Source: an uncultured delta proteobacterium (GTDB lineage Bacteria; Desulfobacterota; Desulfobacteria; Desulfobacterales; SpSt-501). From it: a DNA stretch of 64,000 nt. Below the pieces are notes generated by a model, which had not been told where the DNA came from, searched no databases, and saw only the letters and a program-made list of their open reading frames with translations. The stretch covers positions 259,818 through 323,817 of the forward strand of contig CAWBSC010000023.1 of the NCBI GenBank assembly GCA_963791285.1. The letters are read 5' to 3'. Shown in pieces: positions 49,039 through 58,119 of this stretch (position 1 is its first letter; every line of letters starts with the position of its first letter). The position numbers and the translations under genes were made by a program.

Positions 49039-50229
49039 TCAGCCCATCTCGAAAATTTTCCGGTGCATTCTGAACGACCGGGTTCGCGCTCCGAGGAGCG
49101 ATGCTGCCAGCGGTCGGGTCAGCCGGCGAAAGGGCTCAATGTCGGTCTGGATGAACACCGCGCCTTGCCGGATCATCTTCGCCTTGTCGTCCGACCAGAG
49201 TTGAAGCGTTTGGGCGGAGTAGTCGCGGCCGGCCTCCGTGCTCACCTGATGGAGCGCGGCCTGCAGGTCCTTGCGCAGTGACTGGAAGCTGGCTTCGCCG
49301 ATCAACAGGCAGGCGCGCGAGTACAGGTGACGGGTGTGCGTGATGTAGCGCGCCAGCCGGTGCAACCCGGCGTCGCGGATCGCGTCACGCGGCACGTCCG
49401 CAGCATCCACCTCCCCCGTTTCGAGGCAGCGCCGGATATCGCGGAAGGCGGACGGCACGGGGACGGCCCCCAGCGCCTCCCAGTGGCGATGGTAGCTGGG
49501 AATGGGCGGCACGCGCAGGCGCAGGCCGGCCAGGTCCCCCACGGTCATGCACGGCCGCTTGGCGATCAACACGCGGGAGGGCCTGAGCCAGTTGTCGGCC
49601 AGGACCCGCACCCCGCATTTCACGCGCACCCGATCCCTCAGCTCGGCCGCGATCTGGCTTTCCACGAAATCCCGCACATGCGCGAGATCCCGGAACAGAA
49701 AGGGGATGTTGGTGATGCCGTACACCGGGTCCAGCTTCTCCAGCCAGTCTGCCGCGGCACCAAACATCTCCAACTCGCCATTGCAGAGCATGGCCAACTG
49801 CTCGGTGTCCGACCCGATGCGCGAGGATGGGACCACGTCCACACACACCTGGTTGCGCGTCAGCTCCGCCATCCGGCGGGCGAACTGGGTCTGCGATTTA
49901 ACGATGAAGGATTCGGGGGGGTAGATGGCCCCCAGCCGCAGCCTCACGCCGGTCGGCGAGGGATCGCCTTTCATCCGCAGCGGGGCGACGAAGCTCCCCG
50001 CCCCCTGCCTGCGGGTGACCAGGCCTTCGTGAGTCAGGAGTTGCAGAACGTAGCGCGCGGTGTGCCGGCTGACCGCGAACTGCTCCGCGATCGCCTTTTC
50101 CGTGGGCATGCGTTCGCCGGGGAGATATTTCCCGGAAGCGATGAGGGCCTTCAGATGGCTGTGGATCTGGCGGTAGCGCGGGGCGCCGTCATGCAAGGGC
50201 GAGGAGTGGGGGGGCGCGATGGGTCCCAT
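49039..50229 (-). CDS. GntR-family winged-helix regulator fused to a DctP-like (TRAP solute-binding) domain
   Basis: 396 aa from MGPIAPP. The GntR HTH is RYRQIHSHLKALIASGKYLPGERMPTEKAIAEQFAVSRHTARYVLQLLTHEGLVTRRQGAGSFV. About 300 aa follow, similar in pattern to DctP proteins (GSDTEQLAMLCNGELEM...ITNIPFLFRD...). Confidence 0.7.
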   Translation of the reverse strand: MGPIAPPHSSPLHDGAPRYRQIHSHLKALIASGKYLPGERMPTEKAIAEQFAVSRHTARYVLQLLTHEGLVTRRQGAGSFVAPLRMKGDPSPTGVRLRLGAIYPPESFIVKSQTQFARRMAELTRNQVCVDVVPSSRIGSDTEQLAMLCNGELEMFGAAADWLEKLDPVYGITNIPFLFRDLAHVRDFVESQIAAELRDRVRVKCGVRVLADNWLRPSRVLIAKRPCMTVGDLAGLRLRVPPIPSYHRHWEALGAVPVPSAFRDIRRCLETGEVDAADVPRDAIRDAGLHRLARYITHTRHLYSRACLLIGEASFQSLRKDLQAALHQVSTEAGRDYSAQTLQLWSDDKAKMIRQGAVFIQTDIEPFRRLTRPLAASLLGARTRSFRMHRKIFEMG

Positions 50230-50428
50230 GAATTTGTATGGTTTTGCGTACAACCCGGCATTATGCGGGTTGAACGAAAAAGTCAACCGCTGTCGGGTTC
50301 CGCGCATCCGGGCCGGTGCAGGCCTCTCCGGCGGTCGATCCCGCTCCCGCCCGTACGACGCATTTCGGCTACGGTTGACGTATGTCGTTGCCGGACCAGT
50401 CAGTCGCCTCTCCGGCGTCGAACTGCCA

Positions 50429-50457
50429 TTGACATCCCATTTTGTCATATGATAACT
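50429..50457 (+). promoter_or_regulatory. possible sigma-70 promoter for the LacI-family gene, overlapped by a TGACA-N8-TGTCA palindrome
   Basis: TTGACA (50429-50434), a 17-nt spacer, then ATAACT (50452-50457). The palindrome spans 50430-50447. The start codon is only about 9 nt downstream, so the mRNA would be near-leaderless. Confidence 0.3.
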
Positions 50458-50465
50458 GACGCCCC

Positions 50466-51503
50466 ATGGGAAAACGATTGCCCACGCCCCCGACCCTGAA
50501 GGACGTCGCGAGCCTGGCCAAGGTCAGCATCCCCATCGTGTCCAAGGTCCTCTCCGGCAACCCGCAGGTCCGGGTGAGCGCGGACACCCGGCAACGCATC
50601 CAAAAAGCCGCCAGCCGCCTGTCATACCGCCCGAACGCTTCCGCCCGCAGCCTCAAGGTCAAACGCACGTACACCCTTGCCCTGTTCGTGCCCGATGTCG
50701 GAAACCCGGTCATCCCCGAGATCATACGGGGGGTCGAGTCCGGCGCCCGCGAGCGCGGCTACTCGGCGTTCGTGAGCCACCTCGATGAAAAGGCGACTCG
50801 GGACCGGCTCTACCTCACGTGGCTCCAGGAGGGACGCTTCGACGGGTTGATCATCGCGACCACGCGGGTGGAGGATGCGATCATTGCCGATTTGATCCGG
50901 TCGGGACGGCCGTTCGTGCTCGTCAACCGCCGGGAGGCTTCGACCAACCAGCACATCACCGTGGACGATGCCGGCGGGGCCCGGGTCGCCGTGGCACACC
51001 TGGCGGCGTTGGGCCACCGTCGCATCGCCCACCTGGCCGGCCCCCTGCTGTTCGACACCGCCCTGCGGCGCCTTCAAGGCTACCGCCAGGAGCTGAGCAC
51101 CCATGGGATCCCCTACGACCCGGGGCTGGTGCAGGAGTACGAGTGGCACACCTGGGAAGGCGGCAAGACCGCGATGAATCGTCTGCTCCGGAAGAAGCGG
51201 CGGCCGACAGCGGTTTTCGCGGGCAACTTAATGGGAGCGGTGGGGGCGCTGAGCGCCGTCAAATCGGCGGGAATCAAGGTCCCGGAGGAGATGTCGATCA
51301 TCGGACTCCACGACTCGCCGATAGCGGATGTGCTCGATCCGCCCCTCACGGTGGTGAGAATGCCGTTGTACGAAATGGGAAAGGGGGCTTCGGCCATGCT
51401 CGTCGATCTGCTGGAAGAGCGGGCGGAGGTGGCCCCGCTCATGCTCCCGTGCGGCGGGCTGGTGACTCGGAGATCGACCTGCCCCTGCCCGACAGGGGCA
51501 TGA
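50466..51503 (+). CDS. LacI-family transcriptional regulator
   Basis: The N-terminal HTH is TLKDVASLAKVSIPIVSKVLSG, followed by a periplasmic-binding-protein-like sugar-binding core. Confidence 0.9.
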   Translation: MGKRLPTPPTLKDVASLAKVSIPIVSKVLSGNPQVRVSADTRQRIQKAASRLSYRPNASARSLKVKRTYTLALFVPDVGNPVIPEIIRGVESGARERGYSAFVSHLDEKATRDRLYLTWLQEGRFDGLIIATTRVEDAIIADLIRSGRPFVLVNRREASTNQHITVDDAGGARVAVAHLAALGHRRIAHLAGPLLFDTALRRLQGYRQELSTHGIPYDPGLVQEYEWHTWEGGKTAMNRLLRKKRRPTAVFAGNLMGAVGALSAVKSAGIKVPEEMSIIGLHDSPIADVLDPPLTVVRMPLYEMGKGASAMLVDLLEERAEVAPLMLPCGGLVTRRSTCPCPTGA

Positions 51504-51554
51504 GGGCTTGAACCTGGAACCCAAGCGAGCAAACGATTAACCCCGGAGGGCAAA

Positions 51555-52544
51555 ATGAGAATGAACCGGCGCACCATCACCATCACCTGCATGTTCCTGA
51601 CCTTGGCGATCCTGTGGGCCGTCCCGGCCAGTGCCGCCCGCACCCTGAAGTATGGCCACAACACCAAGGAAAACCAGCCGACCGGCAAGGCCGCGCTCCT
51701 GTTTGCCGACCTGGTTCAAAAGAAGACCAACGGCGAAATCGTGGTCCAGGTGTTCCCCAACAACCAGCTGGGCAACAACAAGCAGATGGCGGACAACCTG
51801 CGCATGGGCGCCCTTGACCTGAGCACGATGGGGCTCGCCGCCCTGGCCTATCTGAACGACGCCTACATGATGATGCAAGTGCCCTACGTGTTCCGCTCCC
51901 AGGAACACATTCACAAGGTCGTCAACGGCGAGATCGGGCAGCAGCTGAAGGCCGATTTCGCGCAGAAGAACGGGATCGTCCTGTTGGCGCAGGATTGGGA
52001 CCGGATGCCCCGGCACATTGCCGGGCGAAAACCCATTCGCACGCTCGAGGACTTCAAAGGCTACAAAGTCAGGGCCGGAGTGCTTCCGCCGATTGTCGGC
52101 TTCAAGGCCATCGGTGCGAGCCCGGTGGACATCCCGCTGAACGAGATGTACCTCGCGCTTCAGCAGGGGGTGGTGGACGGAGCCGAGCTGCCGACGGACT
52201 ACATCTACGAGTACTCCATCTTCGAGGTCAGCAAGTATTTCAACAAGACCTCCCACACGTTCGGGACGCAGTTCCTCGGGATCAACAAGCGCGTGTGGGA
52301 CTCGCTCAAGCCCGAACACCAGAAAGCCATCCAGGAGGCGGCCGACGAGGCCGGGAGATTCAACAACAAGCTGGATGCCGAGCTGCAGGATGACTACATC
52401 GAAAAGCTGAAAAAAGGCGGCATGGAATTCGTCGACACCGACGTGGAGGCGTTCCGGAAGGCCACCTTCGAGAAGATCAACGAGATCTCCAAGAACTGGG
52501 AAGGCGGGGCCAAGCTCTTCGAGCGGATTCAGGCGACCCAATAA
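51555..52544 (+). CDS. dctP: TRAP transporter substrate-binding protein DctP
   Basis: 329 aa with a signal peptide and LKYGHNTKENQPTGKAA. GGAGGG RBS is present. Confidence 0.9.
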   Translation: MRMNRRTITITCMFLTLAILWAVPASAARTLKYGHNTKENQPTGKAALLFADLVQKKTNGEIVVQVFPNNQLGNNKQMADNLRMGALDLSTMGLAALAYLNDAYMMMQVPYVFRSQEHIHKVVNGEIGQQLKADFAQKNGIVLLAQDWDRMPRHIAGRKPIRTLEDFKGYKVRAGVLPPIVGFKAIGASPVDIPLNEMYLALQQGVVDGAELPTDYIYEYSIFEVSKYFNKTSHTFGTQFLGINKRVWDSLKPEHQKAIQEAADEAGRFNNKLDAELQDDYIEKLKKGGMEFVDTDVEAFRKATFEKINEISKNWEGGAKLFERIQATQ

Positions 52545-52598
52545 ATGGGTACGACGGGCGGCCGGGCGGCGAACCGGACCCCCACGTGGAGGCGGACA

Positions 52599-54431
52599 AT
52601 GGAAACGTTCTTCAGCTTTCTGGACCGAGTGGAGCATTCTCTCAAGTGGGTGTGCATGGCCCTCGTGATCGGGCTGAGCCTGCTCGTGTTCTCCTCCGTG
52701 ATGTTCCGCTACCTCCTGAACAGCCCGATCGAGTGGGCGGACGAGGTCGTCGGCTTCTTCATCCTGGGGCTGACGTATTTCGGGTCGGCCGTGGCCTGTA
52801 GCCGCCGTTCCCAGATCTATGTTGAAATCGTGGAATCGGCCCTAAAGAAGAAACCCGGAGCCCTGCGATGGGTGCGGATCGGCGTGGACACGGTCGTGAT
52901 GATCGCGCTGGTCGCGATGGTGTTCGTCGGGCTTCAGCTCTGCGTCGACTGCCGCACCCAGAAGACCGGCATCCTCGTGCTGAGCTATTTCTACGTTTAC
53001 CTGATCATGCCGGCCGGCGTGTCCTTCATGATTCTCATGATGATCAAAAAGCTGATCCAGGACACGCGGGAAGGCAAAGCGCCGAAGACCGCAGCAGCTC
53101 CACAGATCGGCCGCTATGCATCGAACCCGGGCAGGAGGGAATCATTCATGTTGAGCCTGTTGATCGGAGGGCTGCTGTCGCTGATGGCCACCGGGATCCC
53201 CATTGCGGTGTGCATGCTCATGATCGGCATCATTTACATGATCCAGCAGGAAATCCCGCTCATGGTGGCCGCACAGTACATGACCGAGGGCGCCATGCTG
53301 AACGTCCTCATCGCCATCCCGCTGTACCTGCTCACGGGGGTGCTGATGAACGAGGTGGGGATGAGCCACCGCATCGTACGGCTCTGCAACGCCGTGGTCG
53401 GGCACATCCGGGGCGGGCTGGCCATCGTGAACGTGATGGCCTGCATGATCTTCGCGGGCATGACCGGCGAGGCGGTGGCCGAAACCGCGGGCCTGGGCTC
53501 GGTCATGGTGCCCGCCATGGAGAAGGACGGCTACGACAAGCCGTTCGCCTCGGCGCTGACGGTCACGGCGGCCGTGATCGGCCCGATCATTCCGCCCTCC
53601 GTGCCCATGATCATCTGCTCGGCCCTGGCATCCCTGAGCGTAGGGCGGATGTTCCTGGGAGGCATGATCCCGGGGATCCTCTTCGGGGTGCTCCTGATGG
53701 GCCTCAGCTATTTCTACGCGGTGCGGCGCAACTACCCCATCAAGGCCAAGGCCGCCAAGGGCGAATTCTGGGTTTCGCTCAAGGATGCCTGCTTCGGGCT
53801 CCTGACGATCTTCATCATTTTGGGGGGGATCTTCACCGGGGTGTTCACACCGGTGGAGGCGGCCGGCATCGCGGCCGTTTACAGTTTCCTGGTGGGCCTC
53901 TTCATCTATCGCAGCCTCGACCTGAAAAAGCTGCCGAAGATGTGCCTCGATGTGGCCGTGAGCACGGGCGTCATCATGTTCATCATCGCCATGGCCGGGC
54001 TTTATAATTTCGTGTTGACCCGCGAGCGGATCCCGCAGGAAGTCATCCGCCTGGTCATGGGCGTCAGCCAGGACCAGACCGTTCTCCTGATTATGATCAG
54101 CATCGGACTGTTCATCCTGGGCTGTTTCCTGAGCACCACCCCGGCGCTGCTCCTGGTGGTGCCGGTCCTCTCGCCCCTGGTGCAGCAGGCGACCTTTCAC
54201 CCGATCCACTTCTGGGTGGTCATCGTCCTGGCGCTGTTGCTGGGAACGCTCACGCCTCCGGTCGGGATCAACCTTTACCTGATCACCAGCATTTCCGGTG
54301 TAGGTACCGGGCGGTTGATCAGGGAATTGCCGCCGTTCTACATGGTGCTCATCTCCGTGATCTTCATCGCGATTTTCTGCCCATGGATCGTGACCGCTCC
54401 CGGGGATTGGGTATACGGAACGCGGGTATGA
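52599..54431 (+). CDS. TRAP transporter fused DctQ-DctM permease
   Basis: 610 aa in a single ORF. A DctQ-like N-terminal 4-TM part joins through a short linker to a DctM-like part (MLSLLIGGLLSLMATGIPIAV...). GGAGG RBS is present. Confidence 0.85.
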   Translation: METFFSFLDRVEHSLKWVCMALVIGLSLLVFSSVMFRYLLNSPIEWADEVVGFFILGLTYFGSAVACSRRSQIYVEIVESALKKKPGALRWVRIGVDTVVMIALVAMVFVGLQLCVDCRTQKTGILVLSYFYVYLIMPAGVSFMILMMIKKLIQDTREGKAPKTAAAPQIGRYASNPGRRESFMLSLLIGGLLSLMATGIPIAVCMLMIGIIYMIQQEIPLMVAAQYMTEGAMLNVLIAIPLYLLTGVLMNEVGMSHRIVRLCNAVVGHIRGGLAIVNVMACMIFAGMTGEAVAETAGLGSVMVPAMEKDGYDKPFASALTVTAAVIGPIIPPSVPMIICSALASLSVGRMFLGGMIPGILFGVLLMGLSYFYAVRRNYPIKAKAAKGEFWVSLKDACFGLLTIFIILGGIFTGVFTPVEAAGIAAVYSFLVGLFIYRSLDLKKLPKMCLDVAVSTGVIMFIIAMAGLYNFVLTRERIPQEVIRLVMGVSQDQTVLLIMISIGLFILGCFLSTTPALLLVVPVLSPLVQQATFHPIHFWVVIVLALLLGTLTPPVGINLYLITSISGVGTGRLIRELPPFYMVLISVIFIAIFCPWIVTAPGDWVYGTRV

Positions 54432-54445
54432 GGAAAGGAAAGCAT

Positions 54446-56197
54446 ATGAATTCAAGAGAACGGGTCCTTGCGGTGCTGAACGGTGAGATCCCGGACCGGG
54501 TCCCCTGGATCGAGAATTTCATCTCCAACGAAGTCATGGCGGGGCTGGCCGGGAACACCGAGTTCGTGCACGCCACCTATTCCCAGAAGATCGAGACGCC
54601 CGGCATGATCCGGATCCCGCCGGAAATCCACCGGCTGATCCCGCTCGACAACATCAGCTACGACCTCGCCCCACCGCGCTTCGCCAAGACCGAGCGCATC
54701 GACGGGCACGACCACATCACCGAAGGGCTCATCAAGGAACAGGCGGACCTCCGCTACCTGGATGCGCTGCCCGACCCGGACGACGAAGCGCTCTACCGGC
54801 CGGCGGAGGAGTTCCTGCGGCGTTACAAAGGCGACCTGGCCGCGATCGCGACCGTGCGGACCGGCCCCGGGAATACCTATCTGTCCATGGGCATCGACCG
54901 CTTCTGCACCAAGCTCGTGACCGACCCCGAGCTGGTCAAGGCCATCCTCTGGCGGTTCAGCCACTGGAGCCGGCGGGTGGCGATCAACATGCAGGAGCTG
55001 CCGTTCGATCTCTTCTTCATCCCGGACGACATCGGCTTCGGCCACGCCCCGATGATCTCGCCCGCGCATTTCCGCGAGTTCTGCGTCCCGGTCATGCGCA
55101 ACGTCATGGACGCCGTGAAGCTGCCGGTCATCTACCACAGCGACGGGAACATCATGCCGCTCATGGAGGAGATCATCGGGCTCGGCGTGGCCGGGATCGC
55201 CAACATGGAGCCGGGCCCCATGGACATCGAGGAGGTGAAGCGGCTCTATGGCGACCGCGTGACCATCGTCGGGAACATCGACCTGCATTACACCTTGACC
55301 AAGGGGACCCCGGAGGAAACCCGCGACGAAGTGCGGCGGCGGATTGAGGCCCTGGCACCCGGCGGCCGATATATCCTGGCAAGCGCCAACTCGCTGCCCA
55401 ACTACGTGAAGCCGGCAAACGTGCGCGCCATGGGGGAGGCGCTCATGCAGCACGGGGTCTACACGGATCGACTCAAGGCCAACGTCCGGCCGCGACAGCA
55501 GGCTGCGCCAAAGGCGCCGCAGCCCGTGGCGGCTGCGCCGCAAGCGGGGCCGCAGGTGGCTCCCCCCATCCAGGCCATCCGGAACGCCATCATCGGGCTC
55601 GAGCGGGAGAAAATCGGCGATTTGGTTCGAAGTGCGGTGGCCGCCGGCTGCCCGGCCGAACAGATCATCCAGGACGGGTTCATCGCGGCCATGGATCAGG
55701 TCGGGAAGAGCTTCGCCGCGAACACGATCTTCGTCCCCGAGATGATGGTGTCGGCCATGACCATGAAGGAAGGGCTGGAACTGGTGAAACCCATGCTCCA
55801 GGGCCAGAACGCCTTTTCCCGCGGCCGGGTCATGCTGGCCACGGTCAAGGGCGACCTCCACGACATCGGAAAAAACATCGTCGGTATGATGCTCGAGGGC
55901 GCGGGGTTCGAAGTCATCGACCTCGGGATCAACATCGATTGCCCGGCGATCCTCCGGAAGGTTCGTGAACTGCAGCCGAAGGTCTTGGGGCTCTCGGCCC
56001 TGCTGACGACCACCATGCCCGAGATGGCGCGTGCCATCCAGGAGTTGCACTCAGACGGGCTGCGAAAGCAGGTGAAGGTCATGGTCGGTGGAGCGCCGCT
56101 CAGCGCGAAGTTTGCCGGTGAGATCGGGGCTGACGGCTACGCAGCCGATGCGGCCACCGCTGTTGATCTCTGCAGAAAGCTTACCGACACCTTGTGA
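54446..56197 (+). CDS. URO-D-like methyltransferase fused to a corrinoid-binding module (second, divergent paralog)
   Basis: 583 aa with an N-terminal URO-D-family fold and an Ala/Pro/Gln linker. These are followed by a B12-binding_2 cap (IIQDGFIAAMDQVGKSFAANTIFVPEMMVSAMTM) and a B12-binding domain (GDLHDIGKNIV, LSALLTTTM, VMVGGAPL). Confidence 0.8.
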   Translation: MNSRERVLAVLNGEIPDRVPWIENFISNEVMAGLAGNTEFVHATYSQKIETPGMIRIPPEIHRLIPLDNISYDLAPPRFAKTERIDGHDHITEGLIKEQADLRYLDALPDPDDEALYRPAEEFLRRYKGDLAAIATVRTGPGNTYLSMGIDRFCTKLVTDPELVKAILWRFSHWSRRVAINMQELPFDLFFIPDDIGFGHAPMISPAHFREFCVPVMRNVMDAVKLPVIYHSDGNIMPLMEEIIGLGVAGIANMEPGPMDIEEVKRLYGDRVTIVGNIDLHYTLTKGTPEETRDEVRRRIEALAPGGRYILASANSLPNYVKPANVRAMGEALMQHGVYTDRLKANVRPRQQAAPKAPQPVAAAPQAGPQVAPPIQAIRNAIIGLEREKIGDLVRSAVAAGCPAEQIIQDGFIAAMDQVGKSFAANTIFVPEMMVSAMTMKEGLELVKPMLQGQNAFSRGRVMLATVKGDLHDIGKNIVGMMLEGAGFEVIDLGINIDCPAILRKVRELQPKVLGLSALLTTTMPEMARAIQELHSDGLRKQVKVMVGGAPLSAKFAGEIGADGYAADAATAVDLCRKLTDTL

Positions 56198-56367
56198 CGG
56201 CCAGCAGGGGATGCCGGCAGAGGTTCACTCTCCATAGCGAACAGGGCTTGTCGCGATGCAAAAGTTGGTGTAAGGATCTGCCACGATTTGAGACAGGTCG
56301 CGGCACCTCCGGGTTCTCCACGGCGTGCCCGGGCAACCATATGAAGCACTGTCACATCCAGCCCTAA

Positions 56368-56444
56368 GCCCCTGTAGCTCAGTGGATAGAGCACCAGATT
56401 CCTAATCTGGGTTTGCGCAAGTTCGATTCTTGCCAGGGGCACCA
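56368..56444 (+). tRNA. tRNA-Arg (CCT)
   Basis: Acceptor GCCCCTG/CAGGGGC, anticodon arm CCAGA-TTCCTAA-TCTGG, T arm GCAAG-TTCGATT-CTTGC, encoded CCA. Confidence 0.9.
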
Positions 56445-56865
56445 CCAATCCCCCCCTGCTGTATCGGGCCCGCGGTACTCGCACTTAGGGATGTCGCAAA
56501 CGACAGGATGTTGCATACGGGCAGGAACGCCTGATCAAGCTCGCCTGCCATAGCGCAATAGAAAAGGTGTTGAGCCATAATGCGGCGCTATTATTTGCCC
56601 AGATCTTGTGCTTGATGGAAATTTAAATTCGACCGAATTCCCGCAGATATGTTTGGGAGGGACCGGCAGACAGAGCTGTTGCAGACGCGCTTGCGTGTAA
56701 GGCCGTGTGGGACTACAGGCAGAAGAATCCGAAGGCCCATCCTTCCACAGAATCAAAGGGAGTCGAACAGACGGAGACATCATGCGACATGCCCCGGAAG
56801 CAGGCATGCATATGCAACTTAACCCTCTGAGTGAGTGACGTTGCCATACTTGAACCACCCCCCGC

Positions 56866-57320
56866 TTAGTCGTGATTGATTTCCACGTCGTTGGGCGCAG
56901 GCTGCCCTTTGCCTTTTTCTAAAAGGTCCTTGAGGCTCAACATAAAAACCGCCCATTTTGTTGAGCAGTGAGGGAGAAGTCCGCTATCCCTGCGCCAGCC
57001 TGAATGACTGAAGTGGACGATAACACTGTTTTTCATCGGCGCTTAAAGAAAAGGCTACCTCAGTTCCAGCCCATTCCTCTACCCCTTCATTTTTATTAGG
57101 CTTTCCAACGAACGAGCTTGCCCGGTTGAAGCTCTACGACTTCAAACTTCTGACAAAAGTCTCCGAACCAGAACTCAAGTACGTCTCCGACCTTTGAGCC
57201 ACTGCCACGGGTATCAGAGGTCCACCATCCCGCGAGTTTATTTGTGTCCGTTAATGCCTGGTAAACGGCTTTCGGTGATGCGTTGATCCCGACTTCGTGA
57301 AGGATGTTGTATGTTGTCAT
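56866..57320 (-). pseudogene. SRPBCC/Aha1-domain protein remnant (stops and frameshifts)
   Basis: The N-terminal 74-aa ORF (MTTYNILHEVGINASPKAVYQALTDTNKLAGWW...LVRWKA) ends in TAATAA. The continuation NEGVEEWAGTEVAFSLSADEKQ and then VIVHFSHSGWRR...LKDLLEKGKG lie in two other frames. Confidence 0.65.
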
Positions 57321-57658
57321 TTTTTGCCCCCGTGGTTCGGACCGTGAGGGGTCGAAGCCCTGGCGGTCTGCTGAGTCTTTCCGGGAACGCCGATTCAGAT
57401 CGCTGCGCCCTGTCTCGATTGCGGCAAGCCCCTGCGAGTTGTCGTGCGGGACGGGGTAATCGAAGGTCGAGATCCGACCGGGACCTGCGGGTATTGGCCC
57501 GTCGTCCAGGAAATGTTTTCTTCTTCTTTAGCTATATCCAGACGTACATCTTCTGTGCTGCGATAGCTTTCCGATTCTATTGTGCTACGTAGATGCTCCC
57601 TTTATGTCATGCTTTGCCCCCCTTGCAGATGCCCCCACTGCTTTTTGAGCCTGCCGGG

Positions 57659-57733
57659 CTAGTACACCCCGAGGAACTTCAAGACCACCACGACTACCAC
57701 GATGACGCCGATAATATAAAAGATGCTGTTCAT
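57659..57733 (-). CDS. candidate 24-aa hydrophobic peptide MNSIFYIIGVIVVVVVVLKFLGVY
   Basis: AGGAGAAAACGT-ATG gives a strong RBS at ideal spacing. It forms a single TM-length hydrophobic helix and lies in the low-GC islet. It is too short for the ORF track. Confidence 0.4.
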   Translation of the reverse strand: MNSIFYIIGVIVVVVVVLKFLGVY

Positions 57734-58119
57734 ACGTTTTCTCCTGCGATAGATGTTTAAATATCGATTTCTTCTTCGTCGCGAAACACGGCTGCTACGT
57801 TTTTGAAAAACTGTCCTAACCGCTCAGTGAAGGACAACCACAAAATTGGGAGAATGACACCTATCCTCTGCAACTGTCTTGCCGACTTCCTGATAGCAAC
57901 CAAAGTTATTTATAGGCAAACGATAACGAGTGGTTATATGAGCGTCGAGAAGCATATAGGAATGTAGGAGGGCTCGTCGGGCCTCAACATTTGGTGGAAC
58001 CTCAAAGGATGGAGGGAACCTTTAGGGTTAATCCCTATAAAAAATCTGAAAATGAGATGCTATATTCGGGGTCTGTTTAGAAGAGAAAGAGTTTCGAGGA
58101 GCTCGGTTTGAGACGGGTT

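Noticed and set aside
44227-56197. Cobalamin riboswitch upstream of the corrinoid-protein operons
   Set aside because: No B12-box-like sequence (consensus around AGGGAAGC...GCCACTG) was seen in the relevant leaders. The only gccactg is inside the IS transposase gene.
57375-57566. Open frame VFPGTPIQIAAPCLDCGKPLRVVVRDGVIEGRDPTGTCGYWPVV..., reminiscent of MerB-like (alkylmercury lyase family) C-terminal regions
   Set aside because: The recollection of the family pattern is too vague to support a call. There is no start codon and the frame is short. It is mentioned only as a possible gene remnant in the low-GC islet.
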